DNA of 63,551 nucleotides, filler included, from Bigelowiella natans CCMP2755 (taxonomy: Eukaryota > Protista > Cercozoa): the NCBI GenBank assembly GCA_000320545.1. It is 5 parts of 5 records of this genome, joined end to end, with 100 filler letters (N's around TTAATTAATTAA, not from the genome) between each part and the next. Parts side by side here need not be neighbours in the genome. Positions count along the whole stretch, not along the records: positions 1 to 15,519 come from ADNK01003489.1; positions 15,620 to 40,178 come from ADNK01001338.1; 3 more parts are not named here. One strand, written 5' to 3'. The number at the start of each line of letters is the position of its first letter. Position 1 is the first letter of the stretch. The notes beneath the pieces are model-generated. The model was not told the DNA's origin, did not search any database, and saw only the letters and a list, made by a program, of their open reading frames with translations. The position numbers and the translations under genes were made by a program. Shown here one piece after another: positions 13,926 to 29,922 of this stretch.

Positions 13926-14236
13926 AAAATATATAAAAACATATAAAGAATGTTTATGACCAATACTGATCCAGCTTTATCTGTTTTGCTGCTTCGATTG
14001 CTATCGGATCCGTAATTGCGGATTTGTCAGCATCTTCACGTATTTTCTGAGGAAAATGAGTTTAATAACATGCCAAGTTGATGTGTAAGGCTTATCACAT
14101 TGCATTTCTTTAAAAGAGCTCGAATAAGAGTTCCGCCCATACTCTGTACAGCATCCTTGAAGGACTTGGAAAGCTCATAATCTGCAAGGGGGGGGATGTT
14201 AAAGTTAGAGATCTGAAAGTCTCCACTGACTGGCAT
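12880..14236 (-). CDS. Hypothetical Lys/Glu/Arg-rich coiled-coil protein, multi-exon
   Basis: ATG at 14236, then short GT-AG-bounded segments (EDADKSAITDPIAIEAAKQ; EEKRIFFKRAMEYSKKYEKEAEEKKKRQEAEKERIK; ERVEAARRARREQ; AEKQLKRVQREAKKRE). No family recognised. Confidence 0.45.
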
Positions 14237-14334
14237 GAAGGGTTGTTATAATTATCTTAAACCACCACCAATCGATATAAAGGGCTGTGATATTATTACT
14301 TGGTAAGTAGCTGTCGAAATATGCATCGAGTGTT

Positions 14335-14720
14335 GAGGACATGATGGTCTGAGGGATAGATCATATAATAAACACAGAGTCATGATGTATGAGGACATGA
14401 TGGTCTGAGGGATAGATCATATAATAAACACAAAGTCATGATGTATGAGGACATGATGGTCTGAGGAATAGATCATATAATAACACAGAGTCATGATGTA
14501 TGAGGACATGATGGTCTGAGGGATAGATCATATAATAAACACAAAGTCATGATGTATGAGGACATGATGGTCTGAGGGATAGATCATATAATAACACAGA
14601 GTCATGATGTATGAGGACATGATGGTCTGAGGAATAGATCATATAATAAACACAAAGTCATGATGTATGAGGACATGATGGTCTGAGGGATGGATCATAT
14701 AATAAACACAAAGTCATGAT
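14335..14720. repeat. Minisatellite, 7 copies of a 55-56 bp unit
   Basis: Unit GAGGACATGATGGTCTGAGGGATAGATCATATAATAAACACA(G/A)AGTCATGATGTAT repeated head-to-tail with no spacers. Confidence 0.95.
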
Positions 14721-15220
14721 CCTCAGCTGCTACTGAGTTACTACCGAGTCACCACCCCTAAGACAATGGATAGATGCTTTTCGGACGTAGTAACGGTCGT
14801 CTTCCTTCGGTCCGCCGTTCATCGAACCTAATTTGATTGATTGATTTATTCATTCATTCATTCATTCACACAGTGTGCTGCTGTGATTCTACTCCGTACT
14901 TGAGTATTACAATGGTCTTCTATACCAAGGTGTTGTCGCTCAGAAGGAATGGATGTGTGGAGGAGGAGAAAGAGGAGGAGGAGGAGAGCATGGGCGCTGA
15001 TAAGTAGCAGAGCAACACCGCGCTGCATGTGATGGTGCTGCCCGTAGCTACAAAGCATTCCTTCGTTTCAAGGCTCAGTTTCTCCGCCCCAATTTATCAA
15101 GCAACGACGATTTTAGTAAGAGGTTCATCGCAGTCACGTGCAAAGAGAGCTTTATGCTCGCAGCTTGTTTGGCACGACGGCGGTGATGGTGAAAAGAGGG
15201 GGGGCAAGTAGGTGTCCCAG

Positions 15221-15259
<39 letters not shown>

Positions 15260-15261
15260 AG

Positions 15262-15316
<55 letters not shown>

Positions 15317-15352
15317 AGTGTTGTTGTTAGTGTTGTTGTTAGTGTTGTTGTC

Positions 15353-15481
15353 GTTAGTTAGTTAGTTGTTCTGTTCGCGTCCTTGACTTCCCAGCTGTGT
15401 TGTTACACCGAAGTGATTTTCACAGGTGCAACAACATAGCTGGGAAGTCAAGGGCGCGAACAGAATGACTAACTAACTAAC
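15353..15481 (+). repeat. Inverted repeat: 57-bp arms, 15-nt loop
   Basis: 15353-15409 is the reverse complement of 15425-15481 with 5 transition differences. Confidence 0.9.
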
Positions 15482-15519
15482 TAACAACATAGCTGGGAAG
15501 TCAAGGGCGCGAAAAGAAC

Positions 15520-15619
15520 NNNNNNNNNNNNNNNNNNNNNNNNNNNNNNNNNNNNNNNNNNNNTTAATTAATTAANNNNNNNNNNNNNNNNNNNNNNNNN
15601 NNNNNNNNNNNNNNNNNNN
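15520..15619. other. Assembly gap with TTAATTAATTAA linker
   Basis: 44 N + TTAATTAATTAA + 44 N; the same structure occurs at four places. Confidence 0.97.
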
Positions 15620-15764
15620 CTGCATATATCTTCTCATCACGGTGGCGAGCAAACACCTGCACACATCTACCCCCCCCCCCCCCCCTGGGTTCGTACAGCG
15701 AGCCGGTGCCTAAACACGCATCTTCTAAACAAATGATACAGCAGCAGCAGCAGCAGCAGCAGCA

Positions 15765-16396
15765 AGGAAAAATTGCAGAATCCCAGTGGAAGGAGCTGAA
15801 GACTCTGATCATTAAGAGCCATGAAGAACTAGGTCGTACGATGGCTGCTGGCCTCTTATTCACTAGAGTCCTCATTTGAATGCCTTAAGCCTTTCTTCAT
15901 GCTACGTGCATCGATGCCATTGCTTTGCTCAACCCATTAAGAAGATGGGTAACATCTCACACCGTCTTCTTTTTCCTCCTCCCCCCACCCTCCTCCTCCC
16001 ATCCTCGCCCCGCTCATACTCAGGAAAGACCGTGAAGACCGTGAATGATAAGATATCGGAGAGCTTTCGGAACATCTCCGGCCAGCTCTCTAGCAGCTTT
16101 GGAAGCGTACGTGACACCCGCAGCAGAGATGGATGATGACACGATTAACGACGACGACAATGATGATGAAGGAGAAGATAACGATAAGGAAATTGGTGTT
16201 TGTGATATTCCGTGCTGAGGAAGAAATTCACCTATTATTTATTGCACGTTGCACCACAGCAGGACACGAACAATAGCCCAGGGAGGAGTATATATGACTG
16301 GAGAATATCTGTCGGTAATACTTCGGCTACCCCTTACAGCAGCTTCCCCCTACCACCCATTAATGTTGGGGTAAATTATGTCAAATATAATTTATA

Positions 16397-16466
<70 letters not shown>

Positions 16467-16468
16467 AT

Positions 16469-16507
<39 letters not shown>

Positions 16508-16626
16508 TGTACTATTCCTTGCCCGAGTGTAGATGACCGGATTTTCATCAAAACTATCCCGCCACAATCTGATGCTGCTAGCCTGCTGGGTGTCGTTCAA
16601 ACGCCTTGCTAATTTGATCGATATAT

Positions 16627-16680
<54 letters not shown>

Positions 16681-16809
16681 TCTCTCCCTCTCTTCCTCTC
16701 TCTCTCCCCCCCCCTTCTCTAGGATTCTAGAGGGACCAGTCGTACCGTAAGCAGAACAGGGAGCGGTAAAACATTGAAATTTAAGCGAGTTGAGGAAGAG
16801 AAACAAGAA

Positions 16810-16854
<45 letters not shown>

Positions 16855-17311
16855 AGAAGAAGAAGCTGGATCGAGCGTCCTAGCTTTCCCATTGATATTG
16901 TCATCATCACCATCATCATCGTTATCATCGTGCCGATTTTTAGCGTGTTACCATCTGTTCGCAGTCGCATCAACCCCCGTCTCCTCGAGGAAAATTAAGA
17001 AGACTAAGAAGAATGTACGCTACTAATAATTACGACTGCTCAACTACTACCACTACTATTACTACTGCTGCCCTCCTTCCCCTGCTGCTGCTATTGTGCG
17101 GCACTGAAATATTCACTTGGTCGATGATGAGCGAGCTCTTTCCTGAATCATGATCTCATTGTCATCGTAATAATAATAATTATGCAGCAGCACTCCAAGT
17201 CACCGAAGACAGACGCAAAGCTCGCCAATGTAAGAGGAGGAGGAGGAGGAGGAGGAGGAGGAGGAGGAGGACGCCCATTCACCAATAATTTTAGTCTATT
17301 GTGTTTTATAG

Positions 17312-17386
<75 letters not shown>

Positions 17387-18437
17387 TATATATGTACATA
17401 TGAATATATTATTTCTTGACGTGAGATCTCACAAAATTCGTCGCATCAATCTTGGAAATATTGGGGGCATTGCATTTCTGTTTTACCACCACACTGAGTA
17501 CTCTCCGGAGAGGCATTTTCCCACATTTTTTACACGATACCCCACGCCACGAGAGGCAGACCAAAGCCCTGAAGTGCATCATTGGCAGCATGTCGTAGAT
17601 GAAAAATCACCGCGTTATTTCGTTGCGTTGTGGGAAAGCATCCTCCTGAGCCGCAGCAGCCCTTACCTACACCCCTTTATGTAACAAATCAATGTTTAAC
17701 GTGCTGACAGGCAAAGAGGAATAGGGAGATATATGCCAAGAAGAAGAAAGAAGAAAAAAAAGAGCAAGAAGAGCGACGAAAAGCCAAAATAAAAGCGTAT
17801 GACCAACGACGAGTAGTAGTGATTCTTGATAAAACTATGGTTGTGCCTTGGGAGATGGATGATGATGATGATGACGATGACGATGATACTAGTCGTGGTG
17901 CCGCTGCTGATGGTCATGGTGGGAGTGGCTATTTTCTCTCTTATTATCACTGATCGATCATATATTCTTGTCGTTTCTATCAGAAGATCCTTCGACTTCG
18001 ATAAAAACCCACCGCAAACGCCGACGGCGAAGAAGGTGGTGCCTTACCGAGTTGTAGCAGTAGAGGAAGTTGAAGTAGTAGTAGTAGTAGTAGGAGGAGG
18101 AGGAGGAGGAGGAGGAGGAGGAAGAGTGTGCGGTAGCAGCAGTAGTGGGGAGGAGCGACAGAAGTAAAAGGGTTAGGAGGAATGTCGTTGCTGTACGTTT
18201 CAGTCAGTCAGTCAGCAGCGGTCAATACAAGTAGTATTGCCAATAATCGAGTAGAAGACGTGACTGGCTCTCCCCTCCCCCCCTCTCCCCTTCTCCGCCC
18301 CCCCTCCCCCCCTCCCCCTCAAATGTGAAATTAAGAAAAAGAAACAGCAGCAAGCAAAGAAGACATCTGTATCATCCACCATGGGCGAAGAAGGAGGTCT
18401 TATATTATTAATATATTTTATGCATACCTGTGTGTCA

Positions 18438-18506
<69 letters not shown>

Positions 18507-18885
18507 CAGAGAAAGTTAAAGAGCCTGTTCCAACAAGTACACCAGATCAGAAGCACATGCGAAATGTGTCATCACCTGCACGCATTTCCGTCCCCCCCCC
18601 GATAGAAGATAAACTCCCCCCGATAGAAGATAAACTCGAAGGTGACTACTCTCATCTCTGAAACCACTACCTTCTCCTCATGATCCCCCCTCACTCCCCC
18701 CTTCCCTCACTCTTCAGATGGAGAAACAATGGATGGATTAGACACGACAGTGACGACCCCAATATGCACGCCCAACAATCGATCTACAAGAAATAATATG
18801 GATGAATCTAGGGAGGAGGTTGCAAAGGTGCTGTCTGCTTTGGAGAAGAAAACAACATTAGAGAGAAAGGGGATGGGGGGATGCA

Positions 18886-18925
<40 letters not shown>

Positions 18926-19335
18926 CTGTGTGTGTGTGTGTTTTTCTATGTATGTGTGAGAGTTGTATCCTATGTGGATCTTCTTCGTGGCGGTTGAGAA
19001 GTTGCACCATCACAACCCTCCTCATCATCATCATTATCATCATCATCATCATCTCCGTCATCGTCATCATTACAGACAGCTATCCACGACGTGACGGAAA
19101 GCATTAAGAAGCACATCAAGAAAATGGTCGCTGCATTACTTTTCTTTTTTCGTAGCTTTTGCGAAGAACAATACCGTTGCTTCCCAGTGAACAACGGATA
19201 AGTAGAGAGGGGGGAGGGGGGGGGGAGAGGAGAGGTAGCCGATAATTTGAATGATATTGATACGGGGAGTATAGCCGGAGCTCAAGAAGGAACTCTTCGA
19301 TGTAGCTTTTAGCATTTAGAGAAACTTATCCGAAC

Positions 19336-19376
<41 letters not shown>

Positions 19377-19545
19377 TGCGTGTGTGTGTGTGTGTGCGTA
19401 CACAAACTTCTTAGAGTGACGAAGCATTGTCGAGGATAAGGCAATCTGGAGGCAGCGAAGGTCCCCCTCATCTCCCCCACCCCCTCTCTCCTCTACGTTC
19501 CTTCTTTCTCGCTTTAGCTCCTCCTTCCCGTGCTAGGAGTCATAA

Positions 19546-19585
<40 letters not shown>

Positions 19586-20536
19586 CACATATGTATATTA
19601 TGCGTATGAATATGTGTTAATATATATATATTGACACCCATGTATTTACTCTTCAAGATGAGATGAAGCAAATAAAGTCGGAGCTCCAAAAGGAAACCAA
19701 AGATGTGCAAAAGGTAAGAAAAGAAGACGGAGAAGAAGATCCTCTCCCCCGAGGATCTAGGGGCGAGTCCTCGGTTGCTACTAGATGATGTGCCTCCTTT
19801 GCTTATGATATAATGTTATGTTATATGATACGATGTCGGACGTTACGATTTCAGATATTAGAGATTATGAAGACCGTAAAGAAAGACGTGAAGGACGTTG
19901 CAGACAGAAAGGTCACACTCGTGCAAGTAGTGCAAGAAGGAGAAGGGGGAGACGATAATGGGTGTTCTCTTCTCGTGAGCCTCTTGTGTAACTGCTTTGC
20001 AATCAGGATGCCAACACGAAGGCCCTTGCCCCCCCCCAGACAAACTCACTCGTCAAAATTCAAAAAGAGATCAAATCGGAGTTGAAAAACAGCTTACAGG
20101 TTTGTGACTCGAGTCGCTGAAAATGATGCTGGGAGAACAATATATTCAATGAATATAGCAGATGATATACATTATGTGTGTGTGTGTGTGTGTGTGCGCG
20201 CGCGCGCGCATGTATGTCCTGGACCGTGTAAGGAAACTATTCCAATTTTATTATTCTCAACTGATTTGCGATACCTAACACTTCTTGCAGGTGATAACGG
20301 ACACGATAAAGACTAGCGGCAAGCGGGAAGAATACCCTGCGGTACCTACGTAGACTGAAGGATAAGCATATGATGGTGATGATGATGATTCGCTATTGTG
20401 TATGTGGCGCGTTGCAACTTATTTGGCTAATTTTCTCTGCATTGTGTGTTGTCAGGTTCTTGTTCTGGTTTGGATCGCTGTGGTGATAGCAGCATTCTGT
20501 TGGCGATCTGACGATTTAGATATACAATACACCTAA
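15765..20536 (+). CDS. Hypothetical coiled-coil protein with C-terminal transmembrane segment, many small exons; 5' end unknown
   Basis: GT-AG-bounded segments KIAESQWKELKTLIIKSHEEL, EMKQIKSELQKETKDVQK, ILEIMKTVKKDVKDVADRK and terminal VLVLVWIAVVIAAFCWRSDDLDIQYT* (20456-20536). Confidence 0.4.
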
Positions 20537-21308
20537 TGACGAGGCATCGAAGCAGCGTCGCGCATTACTGTCACAGTCACCAATTGATCATGATAATGAT
20601 GTAACAGACTCCGTGCATACATCTAGACATGCTAGTACATCTATTATCTACGTTCATAAAGCGACGCGGTGCATGATGGAGATGTCGCAGTCAGATGTAT
20701 CGGCATGCCTAGCTAGCAGCTAGCTAGCTAGCTAATACAGTCTAGACATCCGCACAGCGATGCGCTAGATGCGTGTATCTAGGCACATGCATATATAGCA
20801 CATTTATGTATGAACCCAGCTAGCCAGGAATCACAGTGTAATAACTAGATGACCCTAGTACCCTCTACTACCTAGCTAGTCTAGCCCTCTGCCCTACCAT
20901 CTAGCTAGCCTACGTGATCGTGTTCCGATCCGTCTAGCCGTGCTCGCTATTTCTCTGGTTCTCTCTGTCTAGCTAGGTAGCTAGCTTTGTGATTTGAAAG
21001 CGTATTTGGACAGACCTAGAGACTCTAGAGACGGTCTAGCTATGCATGAGACGGATGTAATTAATCAATGAATAAATTTGCTCAACAGTCATCCTTATAT
21101 ATAATATGCAACTGTCTACGCTAGATGAGCAATCTAGCAATGCAGCGGCTACATCAGCGCTAATTGTCAAATCTGTTGGTCCATCATGCAGCTACATGTT
21201 GTGTTTCATGCTAGCATAGCATGCAACGTACTGAATGCTTGCTGCATGCATGCTAGCATTTAGAGCATGTATACATGCAAATATAAAATATGTGTATACA
21301 TGTATAAT

Positions 21309-21357
<49 letters not shown>

Positions 21358-21598
21358 ATATATCTAGATATCACTGTAGCTTACTAACTCCTAGTTACGT
21401 AAGCGATACAATACTATGTTCTAGGCTAGTACTTGAGTAGGTAGTAGCGTGTCGCATATCATACTGTCGATCCGACACAAGATTTGGTAAGCTCTAGAGC
21501 TACGTAGCATATCATGCGCAGGTAATAATGTCGACCGTATTGCATGTTCACGTTGTATGTTAGTTAGCATGTTATGCTGTAATTTGCGAGTTCTCACT

Positions 21599-22847
21599 TC
21601 ACTTCTTGCTCTGTTTCAGAGCATCTTTCAAGCTTGCTGCAATTTTGTCCATTTGTCTATTGCGTGCACCACTTGTCAAACGCATTCCGTCGACAATTTG
21701 CCTGGTTTTCGAGAAATAAATTTCCATAATAATAGCTCTAATTCTATCGTCCATCTTCTCAATCATTGTGCCCATGTTGACAAGATGATTGGTTCCTTTT
21801 GTCTTGCTAAGTGTAAGTGTTTCGCTCTTTTGCTTGTTCATGCTTCCCGATAAGTCGCAGCTACCAAGTTTGGAATCCTCCATTACCATAGAAATCTAAA
21901 TAGAAAATCTTTCTTAGCGACGTAGAAGAGTAGGATGGAAAAAGGCGCATCATGTCCCGACGTGAGTGATAAACTACCATAACGGTTGATGTGAGTTTGT
22001 ACTCGTAGGTTTCCCCCTTCACATGAGATACTTGGAACACATGCGTTGAATCCCACCAACCCTTTTTAAGGTCCTCCTCAGTAGAGTCCACGTCTGTCGT
22101 TTATGCGGAACCGTACGAGTGAATGAATGCACTAACATTATGGGGGGGGGGGGGGGGAACAATGCGGCGACCTTTGTGAATAAGCCAACAGGGCCCAAAG
22201 CCCTTCTTCTCGTCAGACGACCCCTCGATGCTGAAAAAATATACCGACGAATAGCTCCCCCCTTCGAAATACCTACGTGATACCAAGTCAAACATGTGTT
22301 ATCGCGGCATAAAGCTGGTAGTTTGGATATGAGACATACAGTTTTCGGTAGACGTCAAAGATGGCATTCGCATCCACTTCCAGCTGGCGAAGATACTTCG
22401 AGGGATACAGAGCTTCGCTATCAGCTTCTGGGAAGTATTTATTCGACCAAGGAGACCTAAGGGAGACAATCTTAGGGATGTAGTAAATTCCAAGTGCACT
22501 CAGATTGTACCTGAACGAATCTCCATCACGATTGTAGTCGCACGTGATAAATTTCTTTTGTGCTGCTTCGTCCATTTCGACTTTAAGAGGTTGATCCACA
22601 TTGTTCAGGAGATCGTCTGTAAGCTGAGTGAGATTACAGTCAGAAAAATTGGTTCATGCTTGCGTTTGTCAGCGTCTTACGTTTGGCGTAAGCTCACACA
22701 ATCCAGCCAAGCTGTTCTCAATGGTAGATGGAGCCATCCTTCTCATCACATTGAGAGCAGCTGTTAGCTTCTTGGATTCCTGAAGGACACAAAATTTTCA
22801 TTCTCTATAGGCATAAATTGCGCACATAAGATTACCTCGTCAGCCAT
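21599..22847 (-). CDS. CAPZB: F-actin capping protein subunit beta
   Basis: Seven GT-AG exons give MADE-ESKKLTAALNVMRRMAP...DDLLNNVDQPLKV...[20 protein letters not shown]...YFEGGSYSSVY...WDSTHV...YKLTSTVM...LSGSMNKQ...HLVNMGTMIEKM...EIYFSKTRQIV, the CP-beta signature. Confidence 0.96.
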
Positions 22848-23199
22848 TTTGGGAGGGGGGACAGCTCTATAGTTTTTAATATTTTTGTTGCGAGGTAAAA
22901 ATATGATAATTATTGATTTATTGCCTCTATTTCTGAAATATTTGCATAATCAAGTACAATTTCTTACAACTATAAAGCGGTATCACGCGCTGCAAAGACA
23001 ACGGAAGGAGTTCTAAGATCTGATATTCCAGATATCTCGACGATTTTTTATTTGTTACGCGATTCGCTTATTTGTCGGCCTTTTGGCGATTCACACAGGA
23101 TGAAAGCTGTGCCATCAAAAACCGGCATTGCCCTCATCACCTCTCGAGACTTCTCGAGACATCTCAAATGCAAGGGAAATAATCATTGTGCGACTCAAT

Positions 23200-23980
23200 T
23201 AAATGGGAAAAAAATTGCTTCAAACGGCGTCGTTTTGACGCGGACTCCGTGTGCGAGCATGCCTGCTTCTCGAATGTCTTGCAACATTTTGGAAATGTAG
23301 TTCGTCATCATTGTTCATTGTTCATTGTTCTCCAATTGTGGCAGTTGGCAGCCCCTTCTAGCCTTGTTCAATTGGCCTTGTTCGGTTGTGAAGTCGTTGG
23401 CGGTTTGATCAGTGGAAGTGGCACCTGCTCCCATCGCCTTCGTGTTGGCTTCTCCACTCCGATGAGGACAAGAAGTTGAGTCAAGAAAACAAGAAATGGC
23501 AATTGAGAACTTGCAAAATGGAGCACGAGCTGTTGCAAAATGCCAGGATGCTGAAATGACCTCACAAGCCAGAAAGCAACAACTTGCAACAATTTTGTTG
23601 ACACGTTGCGCTGGGAGTGCACGAGCAACCTGCACGTGTGCAAGGACGGCAAATGATCACAGTGGTCTTGCACAGAAGTTCGATCGTGCTCCAAATCTGC
23701 AGTGCATGCATGCAAGCCAGCAAGCCAGCAAGCCAGCAAGCTAGCAAGCTGGCAAGCTTGATGATCATCTGAAGGTCAAACCAATGAAACCCAGCTGGCC
23801 AGAAACGTGCATGCGCAATGAGAGGGTGTTTGAACACTCACTCTAGCCCTGAGCCTGTCTGCTCCAGTGTCAGCTGACGACACGCAACGACACAGCTGTG
23901 TGCCAAGCTAGCAAGCTCCAGAGCTGTCAAGTGCAACGCTTGTTCGCGATTCCACCACTGCTGCACGCTTTGACTAGTTT
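23200..23980. repeat. Degenerate dispersed repeat/relic, TpA-depleted patch 2
   Basis: No TA between 23360 and 23742. The five TAs in 23301-23980 are all in CTAG. Shares a segment with patch 1. Confidence 0.6.
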
Positions 23981-24518
23981 GAGTACAGTGTGTTGTCCGT
24001 ACATCCGCATTTTCACAAGCATCACTCGTGCCAACACTGTAGACACAGTATATATAATATATATAATATAATATATATCATATATACGTATGTCTATTGT
24101 CAACCGCAATCGATGTAGTGCCGTGCTGCTGCGTGCACATCTAGACATCAAGACATGCTGGCATGCATCGCTGATGTCAAAGTCAATCTCTAAAGACTTG
24201 TTCAGAACATTCAGGTTTGGAAGGGTGCTAGGATGACATGTCTGCAATGCAGCACGCACAAGGAAATATTATATAGAAAACATGCTTTTCATCGTTAGTG
24301 GTTAACTCCTTAATTTCAGGTCAACGTCACGCGAGTGAGAACTCTGCGCTGAAGAGGGTAATACTCCTTACATGCTGATATGCACATACATATGCACATG
24401 TACGTGTGCACATGTACACAGACATGTACATAAAATATGCATATTATCTAGCACTTAACTGTTCCCATCATCGCATACTAAATTATATTTTAACTCACCG
24501 AACGACGTCCTGGGTCTC

Positions 24519-27532
<3,014 letters not shown>

Positions 27533-27852
27533 TGTGCGTGCGAGAGAGATTCGTGGGGAGGGGGGTGGCTGGCTGACGCGTCTCGTCACAGGGAATTGTG
27601 CGCTACGTGCCGATCGCCTAGTTCCCCAGAATGCAGGCGAATTCCCCCAAAAACATGCGACATCAAAGCGAAAACCAGAATTTTCAATGCGACAGAGTGC
27701 GGGGAACGTTCACCTTAAATTAGTCTGCGCGTCAAGGTGGAACCTCCAGGAAATCTCCGGTGGTAAATCCCGTTGTTCTTGTTGTAAATAACGGCTGAGT
27801 ATCCGTCAATGCCTGGGGGTGGGAATGACTTGCGACCTGAGGCGACAGGGAG

Positions 27853-29890
27853 ATGAATCTTCGAATGGGGGGGCTCTTCCAGCCTTGCGCCCGTTGCCTT
27901 CTGCCAAAGGCAGGGGTATCGGTGGTTCTCTTCATTTTACTTCTGGCTTCTTCCTGTTGCTTCGCGGCAACTCCCATTGGTCGGCCCTTCGACGGCCCCG
28001 CTAAGGTGTAGACGGCTAGCTCAATTTCCCATCTTGCAGAATAAAAAAGATAAATGACTCTAGGTGATTGAGAATGCTATCAAATCTGGAGCATTTCCTG
28101 GTGCGGCAGCTGCTATTGGTGACGCAAATGGACTTCTCTTTGCAAGGGCTTTCGGCCGGTACATGCCATTACCTAAATGATCTCAATCTCCAACTCATTC
28201 CTTTCTCCTTGTTGTAAGGTACACCAACGATGGAGTTCCTCCCCTTCTCAACAATGAATCAAACCCTGAAGTAGATTTGGAAACAACCCTCTTCGACCTC
28301 GCCAGTTTGACCAAAGTAATAAGCACATGTATCGATTTACAAAGAGTGTGCGGGTGTAATCAGTGACATTTACAAATCAGATCGTTGCAACGACCACCTC
28401 CGTTGCCCTACTTTATCAAGGGAAATACCTCAATCAATCCACGCTTGTGACCGACATTCTTGGCAAGGAATTCGGGCAAAATGGGAAGCAGGGAATCACA
28501 GTGACCCATCTTCTTACTCACACGGCAGGGTACTTACGACTTTGAACGCAACACTTTTATTTATCTTCTAATATCGCTTTATTATCACCAACGAATTCGG
28601 TTTTTCTTCTCTAGATTTCCACCTGATCCTGAACCAAACTATTGGGACCCCAAGTTCAGCCCAGAGGCGTGTCCTGGTAACCCAGTGAGAACGGTCGAGA
28701 TTCAAGGCCTTGCCTGCGCCAACGCCACCTTCAAATCACTGATGGCACAGGTTTGCTTCTAAGAAACTTTCAAGGGAATTCCTACCCCCCTTAAATCTGA
28801 CCCACTGATTGCTCTCCGCTTTCGCTCAGCGCCTTAATACCCCCCCTGGACAAAAATACGTGTATTCGGACCTTTCCTTCATTACCCTTGGTAAGTCCGA
28901 GGAAGTTGTATCGAGTAGAGAAAATTGTGACTAGTTGGGAGCCCGGCTGGAAACTGCCGCTGTATGTGTGCGTGGGTGCAAAGAAGCGTTTTTTATCGTT
29001 TGCTCTTATCACACAAAAAATATATTCTTCTAATCCTGTGCAATTCTCTTGGTTATTGTATGACATTACAGGATATATCGTGGGGTCGCTTGCTGAAACC
29101 CTTCGTGACTCTCCCCCCATCACTCCATTTGATTGGAGCGACGATTGCGTCCAAGCTGATCGAGACACTCCCGGAGGTCTTTCTCATGCTCCAAGACTAC
29201 TATGCAATTTTGCTGCCTTCGTTGCCAGGAACGTCACCTCGAAGCTACTTTCTGAGAGGGACCACGTAGACAGCACCAGCCCTCGGCATAGGAGCGGCTT
29301 CTTTGCAGCCGGATTCCAACCCCCCCAGAGATCTCGAAAACGTGCTATGCCTACCACAGTGAGTTCATTTGCGTTTATCTGCCATTTCTTTGTGTTGTGC
29401 AGCACCGCTAAAAACCCACCACTTTTTACTCGAGGCAAGCATAATGATGGGTACTGTCACTTATTTTGTTTGTTGCCGTCTTAAAAAGGTTCCCCGTCTT
29501 GAGAACATCGGCAAATACACGCTGCAAGGCCAGGTATGGACACAAACCATAAAATTTTGCCCCCGTTGTTCTGGATCAGGGCTAACAATCTATGATACCT
29601 ACCTACCAGGTCAACGACGGCAACAGCTACGCAATGGGAGGCATCGCAGGCCACGCAGGGGTATTTGCCACGCTGCCGTCTCTCGTGTCATTTGCACGGG
29701 CCTGGCTGTTTGGGGGAGCACCCCTCTACCTGAACGAGGAGACACGGCATGTCTTCACGACAGTCGTAAACGGGAGCTTTTCCTCTAGGGCTCTGGGTTG
29801 GAACACGAATGGAGAGGCTTTCGACCAAGGGTCCGTAACTCTCTCTCTCTCTCTCTCTATCTCTATCTATCTATGCGCGCGCGCGCGCGC

Positions 29891-29922
<32 letters not shown>

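Noticed and set aside
14335-14720. Possible CRISPR array
   Set aside because: Units are contiguous with no unique spacers and there are no cas genes; it is a minisatellite.
15564-15575. Recurrent TTAATTAATTAA motif (also at the three other gaps)
   Set aside because: Always centred in N runs; an artificial all-frame-stop linker.
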